Source of the DNA: Geobacter sulfurreducens PCA
GTDB lineage: Bacteria > Desulfobacterota > Desulfuromonadia > Geobacterales > Geobacteraceae
Length of the DNA: 32,000 bases
Assembly (NCBI RefSeq): GCF_000007985.2
Contig: NC_002939.5
Location: 1,380,001-1,412,000 of the forward strand
Reading direction: 5' to 3'
Shown: piece after piece, positions 17,347 to 25,491 of the stretch
How positions within the stretch are numbered: position 1 is the first letter of the stretch
Layout: each line of letters begins with the position of its first letter
Position numbers and translations under genes: made by a program
The notes under the pieces: generated by a model
Seen by the model: only the letters and a program-made list of their open reading frames with translations
Databases searched by the model: none
Told to the model about the DNA's origin: nothing

Positions 17347-18939
17347 ATGAAAAGGATAGTGATTGGCATTGCAGCTGCTTTTGCCCTTTGTTCTGCGTCA
17401 TGGGCAATGGGGGCCGATGACGCGAGAACGGAGCCAGGCACCTGCCGCCAGATTGCGGAGTTGACCCGCAAGTACGACTCCGGCCGAGCGCTTCCGGGCG
17501 ACATGGCCGTTGACGGGCGGCCGTGTCTCAGGAGTGAGGCTGCCGACTGCCTTTTCGGTGTCCTCGAAAAGGTGCTCGCGAAGTGTCGGTCAGAGGGAAA
17601 GGAAGCACTTGAGCCCGAAGAACGCGCCTTGATTCTCCGTCTCAGGGAAGAGCTCGACGCCGAGCTGGAGAGCCGGCACGGTTACCACACGCTGCGGGAT
17701 GAAGTCGAAGCCATGCTCGCCAAGCCTGATCTGTACGATTATGAATACCGGGTTGGCGTGAATGGGTTCGTCAGAGGAGAAGGTGCCGGCTCTTTCCGGC
17801 TCCCTGACTTCAGCCAGGCCCCCGGACACGCTGAAGGACGTTTCCTCTATCGCGTCAAACCGTATCTTTTCTGGCATCCGGTGGCATGGCTCGATCTCCA
17901 CGCCGAGGGGCAGGGGTACGGCTTCAGCGGGGGGAGCCAGGATTACGGCAAGATTTCTCTCTACCAGGGCTTTGCCGAGATCCTCTGCCCCCTCCGGGAC
18001 GGGAATTCCCTCAAGGCCGGCCGTCAGGAGCTTGTCTACGGCAGCTCCTTCATGCTCGGGAGCGATTCGTTCTACAAGGGACTCGTCTATGATGCCGTGC
18101 GTTTGCGGATAACACCTCTGGCTCCGCTGACGGTCGACATCTTCGGCGGCTGGTATGCCTCTCCCTGGTCAGACGGCACAGAGGGAGGCCTCGCCGGCGG
18201 CTATGCCACATGGAACATCAGCGACGGTACCGGTCTGGAATTCTATGGATTTCGCGATAGCGGCTCCGCAGAACGTCATGACGGGGAACATCGGAATTCC
18301 TTCGGCGTCAGGGCCACGGCAAAGTTCGGTCCCGTCAGCTGCGAAGTAGAACCGGTCTGGCAAACGGGACGCCTGTTCAACGGTGTTGACGCCAACGAAA
18401 GCATCAGAGCCTGGGGTGGTCACGCCGATATCATGATTGACACTGACCTCGGAGGGATCGGCAACCATTTCTTTGCCGGCGCCGCCTATGGATCGGGCAG
18501 TCGTGATGCGGCCCTCGGTGTGAGCGGCAGGAAGGAATTTCTGAATCAGGCCACCGACTCGTCTCTCACTGGTGATATGAACGTTGTCGGGGATCTGTCG
18601 GGGCTGGATGTTGGCGATTATCACGCCAGCGGACTCCAGATTTACACACTCGGCTGGGGAGTCGATCTGACCAGGGATCTGAGCCTGACAGCCACCGGGC
18701 GCTATTTTCTGGCCAACTACGTACCCGACGGACTCAGTCGCCGGATCGGCCTGGAAACTGATTTCACCTTGACGTATGCAATTTCTGACGCGCTGTCGAT
18801 CATTGCAGGCTACGACAGGTTCTTCACCGGCAGATTTTTCAGCGACGCATCGGGGAGCAACGACGATATCCACTACGGCTATCTCATGTTCCAGTTCGAT
18901 CTGTCACACACCAAACCGAAGAAGGCACTCGGCAAGTGA
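17347..18939 (+). CDS. Outer-membrane beta-barrel protein, alginate-export (AlgE)-like, with an N-terminal helical/coiled-coil extension
   Basis: - A GGGAGG SD is present and the start is only 23 nt after the cbiO stop.
- Signal peptide: MKRIVIGIAAAFALCSASWA.
- Residues about 30-120 are charged and helical (EPEERALILRLREELDAELESR).
- The rest has alternating amphipathic strands. LKAGRQELVYGSSFMLG and YDAVRLR resemble the Alginate_exp family.
- The C-terminal region is aromatic-rich (YGYLMFQFDL). Confidence 0.7.
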   Translation: MKRIVIGIAAAFALCSASWAMGADDARTEPGTCRQIAELTRKYDSGRALPGDMAVDGRPCLRSEAADCLFGVLEKVLAKCRSEGKEALEPEERALILRLREELDAELESRHGYHTLRDEVEAMLAKPDLYDYEYRVGVNGFVRGEGAGSFRLPDFSQAPGHAEGRFLYRVKPYLFWHPVAWLDLHAEGQGYGFSGGSQDYGKISLYQGFAEILCPLRDGNSLKAGRQELVYGSSFMLGSDSFYKGLVYDAVRLRITPLAPLTVDIFGGWYASPWSDGTEGGLAGGYATWNISDGTGLEFYGFRDSGSAERHDGEHRNSFGVRATAKFGPVSCEVEPVWQTGRLFNGVDANESIRAWGGHADIMIDTDLGGIGNHFFAGAAYGSGSRDAALGVSGRKEFLNQATDSSLTGDMNVVGDLSGLDVGDYHASGLQIYTLGWGVDLTRDLSLTATGRYFLANYVPDGLSRRIGLETDFTLTYAISDALSIIAGYDRFFTGRFFSDASGSNDDIHYGYLMFQFDLSHTKPKKALGK

Positions 18940-19125
18940 TGGGGCTGCCTTGCCGTCGGAACGCGGCGCTAACGGAGAGCGCGGGGAACGGCGTAATATT
19001 TCTTGAAGTTTACCCTGTATTGTACGTATGCTTGATGGCACTGCCGGTCGCCGTCAGCAATCTTTCTTGAGGGCTTGTCGCTAGTTACCAAGCCCATATT
19101 GAACGCACGAGAAAGGGATAACTGT

Positions 19126-19632
19126 ATGAAAATGAGATATTTCACAGCTGCCATGCTTGTTGTTGCGGGGGTTTTTCTTGCGTCCGGGCAGCCAGCGGTT
19201 GCCGGACATGCCCATCACGGGCACGACGGAGCCGCGGAGTCGCCGGTCGCCGCACCGGCCGATGCCGTGGAGTATCCCGATTGCGTCCACTGCGGCATGG
19301 ACCGGGTGAAGTTCGCCCACAGCAGGATGCTGATCGTCTACCAGGACGGTGAAAAGGTGGCCACCTGTAGCATCCGTTGTGTCGCACTGGATCTGAAGAC
19401 CAAGAAGAATAAGCCTGTCGCGTCGTTTCAGGTTGGCGATTTCACGAACGGTACGCTGATTGACGCCGAAAAAGCCCATTGGGTCATCGGCGGCGACCGG
19501 CGCGGAGTTATGACAAAGACACCCAAGTGGGCTTTTGCCGACAAGGATGCCGCAGAGGCATTCTTTGCCCGGCACGGCGGCACGCCCGCCACCTTTGCCG
19601 AGGCGCTCAAGGCGGCAACGGACGAGCTATAA
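19126..19632 (+). CDS. NosL-family periplasmic metallochaperone-like protein with a His-rich N-terminal stretch
   Basis: ATG 19126 (MKMRYFTAAMLVVAGVFLASG) has an AAAGGGA SD; the track start 19075 is upstream. GHAHHGHDG follows the signal peptide. YPDCVHCGMDR...ATCSIRC...WAFADKDAAEAF is the NosL-family pattern. Confidence 0.8.
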   Translation: MKMRYFTAAMLVVAGVFLASGQPAVAGHAHHGHDGAAESPVAAPADAVEYPDCVHCGMDRVKFAHSRMLIVYQDGEKVATCSIRCVALDLKTKKNKPVASFQVGDFTNGTLIDAEKAHWVIGGDRRGVMTKTPKWAFADKDAAEAFFARHGGTPATFAEALKAATDEL

Positions 19633-19680
19633 AGGAAAAATCCGCGGGGTCTTCCCGCACTATCTGAACCGGAGGAATTG

Positions 19681-20148
19681 ATGAAAGGCATTGCATGGGC
19701 GATCGCCCTCCTGTCGGTTGCGGCCGCGGCAACGGTGCACGCCGCCGGCGCGTCGTTGCCGAAGGGTTACGAGAAGTGGGACATGAGCAAGGAAAAGGTG
19801 ATAGCCGACAAGAGTTCTCTGTTTTACGGCATTCACAACATTTACGTGGACAAAAAGGCCATGGCGGCCTATCGGAAGGGCGGTCCCTATTCCGAGGGAA
19901 GCCGGTTCGTGGTGGTCCAGCACACTATCAAGGATGTGGGGGGCAAGCCGACCAAAGGGAGGCGGAGCATGATCGTCCTCATGACCAAGGACAAGAAACA
20001 GACTGCAACCGGCGGCTGGCTCTTTGCAGGTTTTACGGCGGAAGGGAAACCCTCCGGCGTGGACACGGTCAAGAATTGCTACGAGTGTCATCTCAAGGAG
20101 GCCGGGAGTCGTGACCTGGTCATATCCCGGTACACTGATTTCAGATAG
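19681..20148 (+). CDS. Cytochrome P460 family monoheme protein (periplasmic)
   Basis: ATG 19681 lies 5 nt after GGAGG; the track start 19678 is a TTG. The signal peptide is MKGIAWAIALLSVAAAATVHA. A single CYECH heme motif lies near the C-terminus. The size and the WLFAGF...NCYECH layout are typical of P460. Confidence 0.8.
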   Translation: MKGIAWAIALLSVAAAATVHAAGASLPKGYEKWDMSKEKVIADKSSLFYGIHNIYVDKKAMAAYRKGGPYSEGSRFVVVQHTIKDVGGKPTKGRRSMIVLMTKDKKQTATGGWLFAGFTAEGKPSGVDTVKNCYECHLKEAGSRDLVISRYTDFR

Positions 20149-20171
20149 CACCTCACGGCATGAGATGAACC

Positions 20172-20204
20172 AACGCCGCGGAAATCCGCGGCGTTTTCTT
20201 TTTT
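20172..20204 (+). terminator. Rho-independent terminator
   Basis: AACGCCGCGG-aaat-CCGCGGCGTT is a 10-bp perfect stem running into TTCTTTTTT. Confidence 0.9.
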
Positions 20205-20347
20205 ACGTGGATTGTCGTTGACAGGGAAGGGACGGACTCCGGACATTTTTTCAGAAAACTCTCAACTATTCGGAGCGGGGGACGATAAGCTGACGTAGCA
20301 GTCTATAAAAACGCTCTGAGCACCATCCCGGCTTTCGGAGAGCACTA

Positions 20348-22666
20348 ATGGTCGGCAGTCTGGTAACTTATCTGAAAAAGTGCGCTGCATCGGTGCTGGG
20401 AGCACCGTACACGCTGCTTTGCCGACTGCTGCCCCGAATCACGGCGGACCTTCGCTACGGGTCCGGCTATCGAGCATTATTCGAGCACGCGATTGACGGC
20501 ATCTTCATCATGGATGCTGAGGGACACTATCTTGACGTCAATCCCGCCATCTGTTCCGCAATCGGCTACACCAGGGATGAATTCCTTGCTCTGGATTGGG
20601 GCGTGCTCAGCAGGGGAGTCGATTCCGGGTGGGCCGCGGCATCGCTGGCGCGAATAGTCGGCGGTGAGCCCCTGCGGGAAGAGCGGACCGTCTGGACCCG
20701 CAACGGAGATCAGCTGACGGTGGAGCTTTCGGCGCACCTGCTGCCGGACGGCAAGATTCTCGGGATTGCGCGGGATGTCTCCGAACGGAAGCGGATGGAG
20801 GAGTCTCTGCGGTCCACCAGCGAATTCCTCGATACGATACTCGATGAGGCTCCGCTGCCGATCTACATTACATCCGTGGACGGAACGCTCCGGCTTGCCA
20901 ACAATGCCTGGGAGCGCGAGACGGGCATCCCTCGCAACGCAGCCGTCGGTCGTCGCCTGAATGAACTATTCCCGGCTGCAATGTGTGACCAGTTCTCTGA
21001 AATCAATCGCCGCGTCGTCGAATCAAATGCCACCGCCGTCCAAGATGAATTCCTCGATTTCGGTGCGGGCGTGCGAGTGTTTCACACTATCAAGTTTCCC
21101 CTCAGGGACGCCGCCGGGGGAGTGGTCGATGTCGGTGGTATATCGATCGACATCACCGACCGTTCGAAGATGGAGGGCGAACTGAGGGCCGCCCATGCCG
21201 CCGCCGTTGACTCTTCCCGGGCCAAGATCGATTTTCTGGCTAACATGAGCCACGAGATCCGGACTCCCATGAACGGCGTGATCGGTACGCTGGAGCTCCT
21301 GAGGGAAACCGACCTGGACCCCAGGCAGCGTGAGTACGCCGAGATTGCCCGCGAGTCGGCGGAAAGCATGCTGGCGGTGATAAACATGGTCCTCGACTAC
21401 TCGAAGATCGAATCACACCAGCTGGTACTCGAAGCGGTCCCCTTCGCCATCCGGGAGGCTGTCGAACGGGCCGTCAAACCGTTCAGGGCTGTTGCTGCGC
21501 GCAAGGGGGTTATGGTTGCGGCCGATGTGCCGCCTCACGTGCCGGAGACGGTGGTGGGTGATCCGGTTCGCTTCTCGCAAATCGTGGCAAACCTGGTGGG
21601 CAATGCCGTGAAGTTCACCGAACAGGGGGCAATTACCGTTCAGTTGGGAGCCGCCGCCGTCGACGACTGCCGGATTGACGTTTCCTGCTCCGTCGGCGAT
21701 ACCGGTGCCGGCATTTCTCCGGAAAAGTTCGACACGATCTTCGATCCGTTTGTTCAGGCCGACGGCTCCACCACCCGCATCCACGGGGGAACCGGCCTGG
21801 GCCTCGCCATCGTCCGCCGCCTGGTGGAGGCCATGGACGGGGTGATTTCCGTTGCGAGCGAACCCGGCATGGGGAGTACCTTTTCATTCCGGGTCCGTCT
21901 GCGTGGTGCGCCGGATGACATCGCCTCCCCGCCGCCTGCAACCGGCTGGGCGGTAGCGGAAAAATCTGTTGCGGTCCGGCCCCTGTCGGTGCTTCTGGTC
22001 GATGATAGCGCGGTCAGTCGCAAAGTTGTTTCTCTGCTGCTTGAAAGCGACGGCCACAGGGTTACCTTTGCCGGAGACGGCGTCGAGGCCCTGGCCGCGA
22101 TCGGCCGGGAAGCTTTTGATCTCGTGTTGATGGATGTTCAAATGCCGGTGATGGACGGTTTTGAAGCCATGAGGGCCATCCGTGCGGGCGAAGCGGCCGG
22201 TGGGGCACGGCTTCCGATCATTGCCCTGACGGCCCGCGCCCTGGCAGGCGACCGGGAACTCTGCCTTGAGGCGGGAGCCGACGACTACCTGGCCAAGCCG
22301 GTTAACTTCAGTGAATTAAGGCGGGTCATCAGCCGGCATTGCTGCCGTGAGAGCAAGCCGTCCGCACTGTCTGCGGAGAACAGGCCGGATGCTGCCGGCG
22401 CGACTCCGCCGGCAGGGACGTTCGGTGAACTGATGGACGAACTGGGTGCGTCCGTGGGGGATCGGGACGAGGATGCGGTGGAGCGCTGCACGCGCATGCT
22501 GAAGCGGGCAGCCTCCCATCTCGGCAGGACCAGGCTCGTTGACGAAATATTTCGACTGCAGCTCGCCTCGCGGCGGGGAGATTGGGAACGGGCGGACGAG
22601 CTGCTCGGTGTTGTGGCTGAACTGCTTCCGACAACGGCGGGCGCATGCGGTCCGCCGGAGGCGTGA
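20348..22666 (+). CDS. Hybrid sensor histidine kinase: 2 PAS, HisKA, HATPase_c, receiver, C-terminal HPt-like domain
   Basis: - A GGAGAG SD is present.
- PAS-like segments: [23 protein letters not shown] and [21 protein letters not shown].
- Kinase motifs: H-box [17 protein letters not shown]-box [10 protein letters not shown], and G-boxes DTGAGIS and GGTGLGLAI.
- Receiver: VLLVDDS...[13 protein letters not shown]...KP.
- The C-terminal 120 aa is helical and HPt-like. Confidence 0.92.
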   Translation: MVGSLVTYLKKCAASVLGAPYTLLCRLLPRITADLRYGSGYRALFEHAIDGIFIMDAEGHYLDVNPAICSAIGYTRDEFLALDWGVLSRGVDSGWAAASLARIVGGEPLREERTVWTRNGDQLTVELSAHLLPDGKILGIARDVSERKRMEESLRSTSEFLDTILDEAPLPIYITSVDGTLRLANNAWERETGIPRNAAVGRRLNELFPAAMCDQFSEINRRVVESNATAVQDEFLDFGAGVRVFHTIKFPLRDAAGGVVDVGGISIDITDRSKMEGELRAAHAAAVDSSRAKIDFLANMSHEIRTPMNGVIGTLELLRETDLDPRQREYAEIARESAESMLAVINMVLDYSKIESHQLVLEAVPFAIREAVERAVKPFRAVAARKGVMVAADVPPHVPETVVGDPVRFSQIVANLVGNAVKFTEQGAITVQLGAAAVDDCRIDVSCSVGDTGAGISPEKFDTIFDPFVQADGSTTRIHGGTGLGLAIVRRLVEAMDGVISVASEPGMGSTFSFRVRLRGAPDDIASPPPATGWAVAEKSVAVRPLSVLLVDDSAVSRKVVSLLLESDGHRVTFAGDGVEALAAIGREAFDLVLMDVQMPVMDGFEAMRAIRAGEAAGGARLPIIALTARALAGDRELCLEAGADDYLAKPVNFSELRRVISRHCCRESKPSALSAENRPDAAGATPPAGTFGELMDELGASVGDRDEDAVERCTRMLKRAASHLGRTRLVDEIFRLQLASRRGDWERADELLGVVAELLPTTAGACGPPEA

Positions 22667-22702
22667 GACGGGTTAATGAACTGATGTGGAAAGGAGATGT
22701 CG

Positions 22703-23098
22703 ATGAAGACGCTTATTGTTGAGGACGATTTCATCTCGCGCAAAATCATGAAGGAGCTTCTCACCTCGCTCGGCGAGTGCGATATCGCCACCGACGGGGA
22801 GGAGGCGGTTCAGGCGTTCCGGCTGGCCCTTGATGAGCACCGCCCCTATGACCTCGTCTGCATGGATATCATGATGCCCAATATGGACGGCCACGAGGCA
22901 CTGGAGCAGATCCGCGAGATCGAGCGGGGGATGGGGCTGAATGGAGCCCAGGAAGTCAAGGTCATTATGACCACTGCCCTGGACGACCCGAAGAACGTGG
23001 TGGAAGCATTCTATCGCGGCGGAGCCACCTCGTACCTGGTCAAGCCGATCACCAAACAACGGCTGATGAAAGAGATCAGGAGCCACGGTCTGCTCTGA
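22703..23098 (+). CDS. Single-domain response regulator (CheY-like receiver)
   Basis: ATG 22703 lies 6 nt after AAGGAG; ATG 22697 abuts the SD. The sequence KTLIVEDD...DLVCMDIMMPNMDG...YLVKP carries all receiver signature residues. Confidence 0.9.
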   Translation: MKTLIVEDDFISRKIMKELLTSLGECDIATDGEEAVQAFRLALDEHRPYDLVCMDIMMPNMDGHEALEQIREIERGMGLNGAQEVKVIMTTALDDPKNVVEAFYRGGATSYLVKPITKQRLMKEIRSHGLL

Positions 23099-23121
23099 GC
23101 CTCCTGTCCGGCTTGCTGCAT

Positions 23122-23138
23122 ATCAGGAATTTCCTGAT
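23122..23138. promoter_or_regulatory. Perfect 8-1-8 palindrome ATCAGGAA-T-TTCCTGAT
   Basis: Read directly. It lies 24 nt after the receiver gene stop and 21 nt upstream of the sigma28-like -35 element. No T-run follows, so an operator is more likely than a terminator. Confidence 0.35.
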
Positions 23139-23159
23139 TCAAACCCGCATTGATTTGAT

Positions 23160-23186
23160 TAAAGTAATCCGCGAATTTGTCGATAC
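23160..23186 (+). promoter_or_regulatory. Sigma28 (FliA)-type promoter candidate: TAAAGTAA-N11-GTCGATAC
   Basis: The enteric and Bacillus consensus is TAAAGTTT-N11-GCCGATAA. This site matches 6 of 8 positions in each element with the exact 11-nt spacer. It lies 43 nt upstream of the MCP-like gene start. Confidence 0.55.
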
Positions 23187-23228
23187 GATAAACAGTTAGT
23201 TAAAACGCTGGCTTAGGGGTCCCGGTTG

Positions 23229-25112
23229 ATGGAGGGGCCAGAGAGGCTTGATACAGTGGCTTTCGACTTGTTTCGCAGGTTCAGGCAGGATGGGGCAGAG
23301 GCGGGATGTCCGCCGGGAGGAGCGCCGTCGGCTGTTGCGGACGACAGCCTGTTGCGGGAGTTACAGGTCTGGAAGTCGTGCCTTGCGGATGCTGGCGATC
23401 GGCTGCAGCAGGTCACCGGCTCGACCGAAGAAGAGTTTCTTGCCGTAGGCGCGAGGCTCCACGAGTTTTACAGCCGCGCGGGCGATATCGAGCGAATGAC
23501 CCGCGGCGTGGCCGAGAACGTCCTCGGTGACGAGTTCGGCAGCGACATGAAGTCGCTTTCCGCAATTCTCGACCGAATTGCCGCCTATCTTGGCCAGGCC
23601 GACAGCCAGACCGAGCAACTGACCCAGACGCTCAGGTCGGTACTCGAACTGATCGACCGGGTTGACACCCCTCTGGAAGGATTCAGGAAGATCATCAAGA
23701 ACCTCCACATGCTCAGCACCGCCGTCAAGATTGAAAGCGCACGGCTCGGCGAAGGGGCTGCAGGATTCAATACCCTCGCCGAGGATGTTGAGCGGCTGTC
23801 GGTTTCCATCAAGGAAAAGTCGACAAGGATTCTCGGAGAAAAGGACTCGCTCGGCCGGGTCATCACCGACACCCTTGAAAGCATCTCCCGCATCGAGGCG
23901 AGCCAGCGCGAGGATGTCCGCCGGATCATCTCCGAAACCGGAGAGAACCTGGGTGCGCTTAGCACGCTCCATGCCCGCTGTTCCGATGTGGCCAACAATG
24001 TGGCCACCCTGTCGGCCGAGATTGCCGACAGTATTGGCGAAGTGGTCACGTCCCTCCAGTTTCACGACATCACCCGTCAGCAGATCGAGCATGTCAAAGA
24101 AGCGCTGGAAGATGTCGTTCGCCATCTGGACAACCCCGGCGACAATCCCCAGGGAGATGTGGCCGAGGCGGCCGAGGTCTGCGACCTCCAACTGGCACAG
24201 CTCCTCCACTCGCGGGATGAGCTCGTGTCGGCGGTGGAGAGGATCATTCTCAACCTGCGCGACATCGTGGCTAAAGAAACGCGCATGTCCGAGGAAACCC
24301 GCGGCATTACCGGCAGCGCCGACCAGACGGGACATTCGTTCTTCGCCAGGATGGAAGATGAAATGGCCAGCGTCAGCCGGGTTCTCACCGATAATGTGCG
24401 CGCCAAGCGCGATACGGCTTCGGCCATGACGCTGGTGGTCAGTTCGGTGAATGACATTTCGGCCTTTGTGACCGACATTGAAGAGATTGGGACCGAGATC
24501 GAGCTGATAGCCCTCAACTCGCAGGTGAAAGCGGCTAATACCGGCGACGGTGGCGCAGCCCTCGGGGTTCTTGCCGAGTCGATCCAGCATTTGTCGGTGG
24601 ATGCCCGCACCCGAACTGGAGACGTTTCGGTAACCCTGCGCGAGGTCACCGAGGTTACCGGCCGCCTCGTCATGGAAGTGGATGCCGACGTGAGCTCCGG
24701 AACCGACGAGATCGAACGCCTTCTGGTCGAGCTCAAGCGGCTGCTCGACTCGGTTGAGTCAATCAACAGCCGGTTGCTCGGACTGCTTGCGGATATGGAC
24801 AGTGCGGTGGGAAGCCTTTCGACCGACATCGAGGCGGCCACCAGCGGTCTTTCGGTTCACAATACCGCCGGTGCCCTGCTCGACGAGGTGGCGACGGCGC
24901 TCGAGGAAACGCTGCGCGATATGCGCCGGGCGGTTCCCGCTGCGACCCGGCGAGGCAACGGCGGCAAGCTGCTGGACTTGGCCCAGCGGTATACCATGCA
25001 CAGTGAGCGCACCGTCCATCACCGGGTGGTCGGAGGCGGAACCCCGGCGGTCGCGACAGGGGCGACCGCGTCCCCGGGCGACGGCCTCGGCGATAACGTG
25101 GAACTGTTCTAG
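23229..25112 (+). CDS. Soluble MCP-like protein with two tandem MCP-signalling-tip-like segments (no TM helix seen)
   Basis: - ATG 23229; the track start 23226 is a TTG.
- No hydrophobic helix is seen.
- Segment 1: IIKNLHMLSTAVKIESARLGEGAAGFNTLAEDVERLS.
- Segment 2: IELIALNSQVKAANTGDGGAALGVLAESIQHLS.
- Both align to the canonical tip ..LLALNAAIEAARAGE.GRGFAVVADEVRKLA.
- LQFHDITRQQIEHV lies between the two segments. Confidence 0.8.
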   Translation: MEGPERLDTVAFDLFRRFRQDGAEAGCPPGGAPSAVADDSLLRELQVWKSCLADAGDRLQQVTGSTEEEFLAVGARLHEFYSRAGDIERMTRGVAENVLGDEFGSDMKSLSAILDRIAAYLGQADSQTEQLTQTLRSVLELIDRVDTPLEGFRKIIKNLHMLSTAVKIESARLGEGAAGFNTLAEDVERLSVSIKEKSTRILGEKDSLGRVITDTLESISRIEASQREDVRRIISETGENLGALSTLHARCSDVANNVATLSAEIADSIGEVVTSLQFHDITRQQIEHVKEALEDVVRHLDNPGDNPQGDVAEAAEVCDLQLAQLLHSRDELVSAVERIILNLRDIVAKETRMSEETRGITGSADQTGHSFFARMEDEMASVSRVLTDNVRAKRDTASAMTLVVSSVNDISAFVTDIEEIGTEIELIALNSQVKAANTGDGGAALGVLAESIQHLSVDARTRTGDVSVTLREVTEVTGRLVMEVDADVSSGTDEIERLLVELKRLLDSVESINSRLLGLLADMDSAVGSLSTDIEAATSGLSVHNTAGALLDEVATALEETLRDMRRAVPAATRRGNGGKLLDLAQRYTMHSERTVHHRVVGGGTPAVATGATASPGDGLGDNVELF

Positions 25113-25128
25113 CCAGTTAGGAGATATC

Positions 25129-25491
25129 ATGAGCGGACTGACGATTGAACGAAAGCACGGAGGGGATTCGGGTGAGCGGTACGTCCTCGGTGTCGGGGGT
25201 GACCTGACCATACCCTTTGCCGGAGAATTCAGAGGTGCCCTGCTTGAAGCCCTGGATCAGGCCGGCTCGGTGGAGGTAGACGTGAGCGGCGTGAGTGCCG
25301 TCGATATTACCGGCCTGCAACTGCTCTGCTCGGCCCATCGCGCCGCCTGTACGAGACAAAAGGGGTTTTTCCTCACGGGAAGGGATAACCCCGTTTTCGC
25401 GGAATCGGTCGGCCTCGCCGGATTCGAGCGGCATGTGGGCTGTTCGCGCGATGTCGGCAAGAACTGTATTTGGATTGGAGGAGATGAGTAA
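25129..25491 (+). CDS. STAS-domain protein (anti-sigma-antagonist fold; CheS-like by position)
   Basis: ATG 25129 follows a TTAGGAGA SD. It sits inside the longer track ORF 24754..25491, same frame. The 120-aa product has LGVGGDLTIPFAGEFRGALLEAL..VEVDVSGVSAVDITGLQLLCSAHR, the STAS pattern. Confidence 0.8.
   Translation: MSGLTIERKHGGDSGERYVLGVGGDLTIPFAGEFRGALLEALDQAGSVEVDVSGVSAVDITGLQLLCSAHRAACTRQKGFFLTGRDNPVFAESVGLAGFERHVGCSRDVGKNCIWIGGDE

Noticed and set aside
19017-19041. Possible second NikR box upstream of the NosL-like gene, because the 10-mer TATGCTTGAT (19027-19036) is also the core of the spacer of the 14650-14677 site.
   Set aside because: The flanking half sites do not match GTGTTAC/GTGACAC in any register I tried (at most 4 of 7 and 3 of 7). 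A single shared 10-mer is expected by chance many times among all position pairs in a 32-kb window.
19036-19052. Sigma54-like -24 boxes: TGGCACtgccgGTCGC upstream of the NosL-like gene, and TGGCACtgtttGTCGG at 29891-29906.
   Set aside because: In both, the -24 TGGCAC is perfect, but the invariant GC of the -12 element is not at the GG-N10-GC spacing. No enhancer-binding protein gene is nearby. I kept this only as a note in the 29729-29983 finding.
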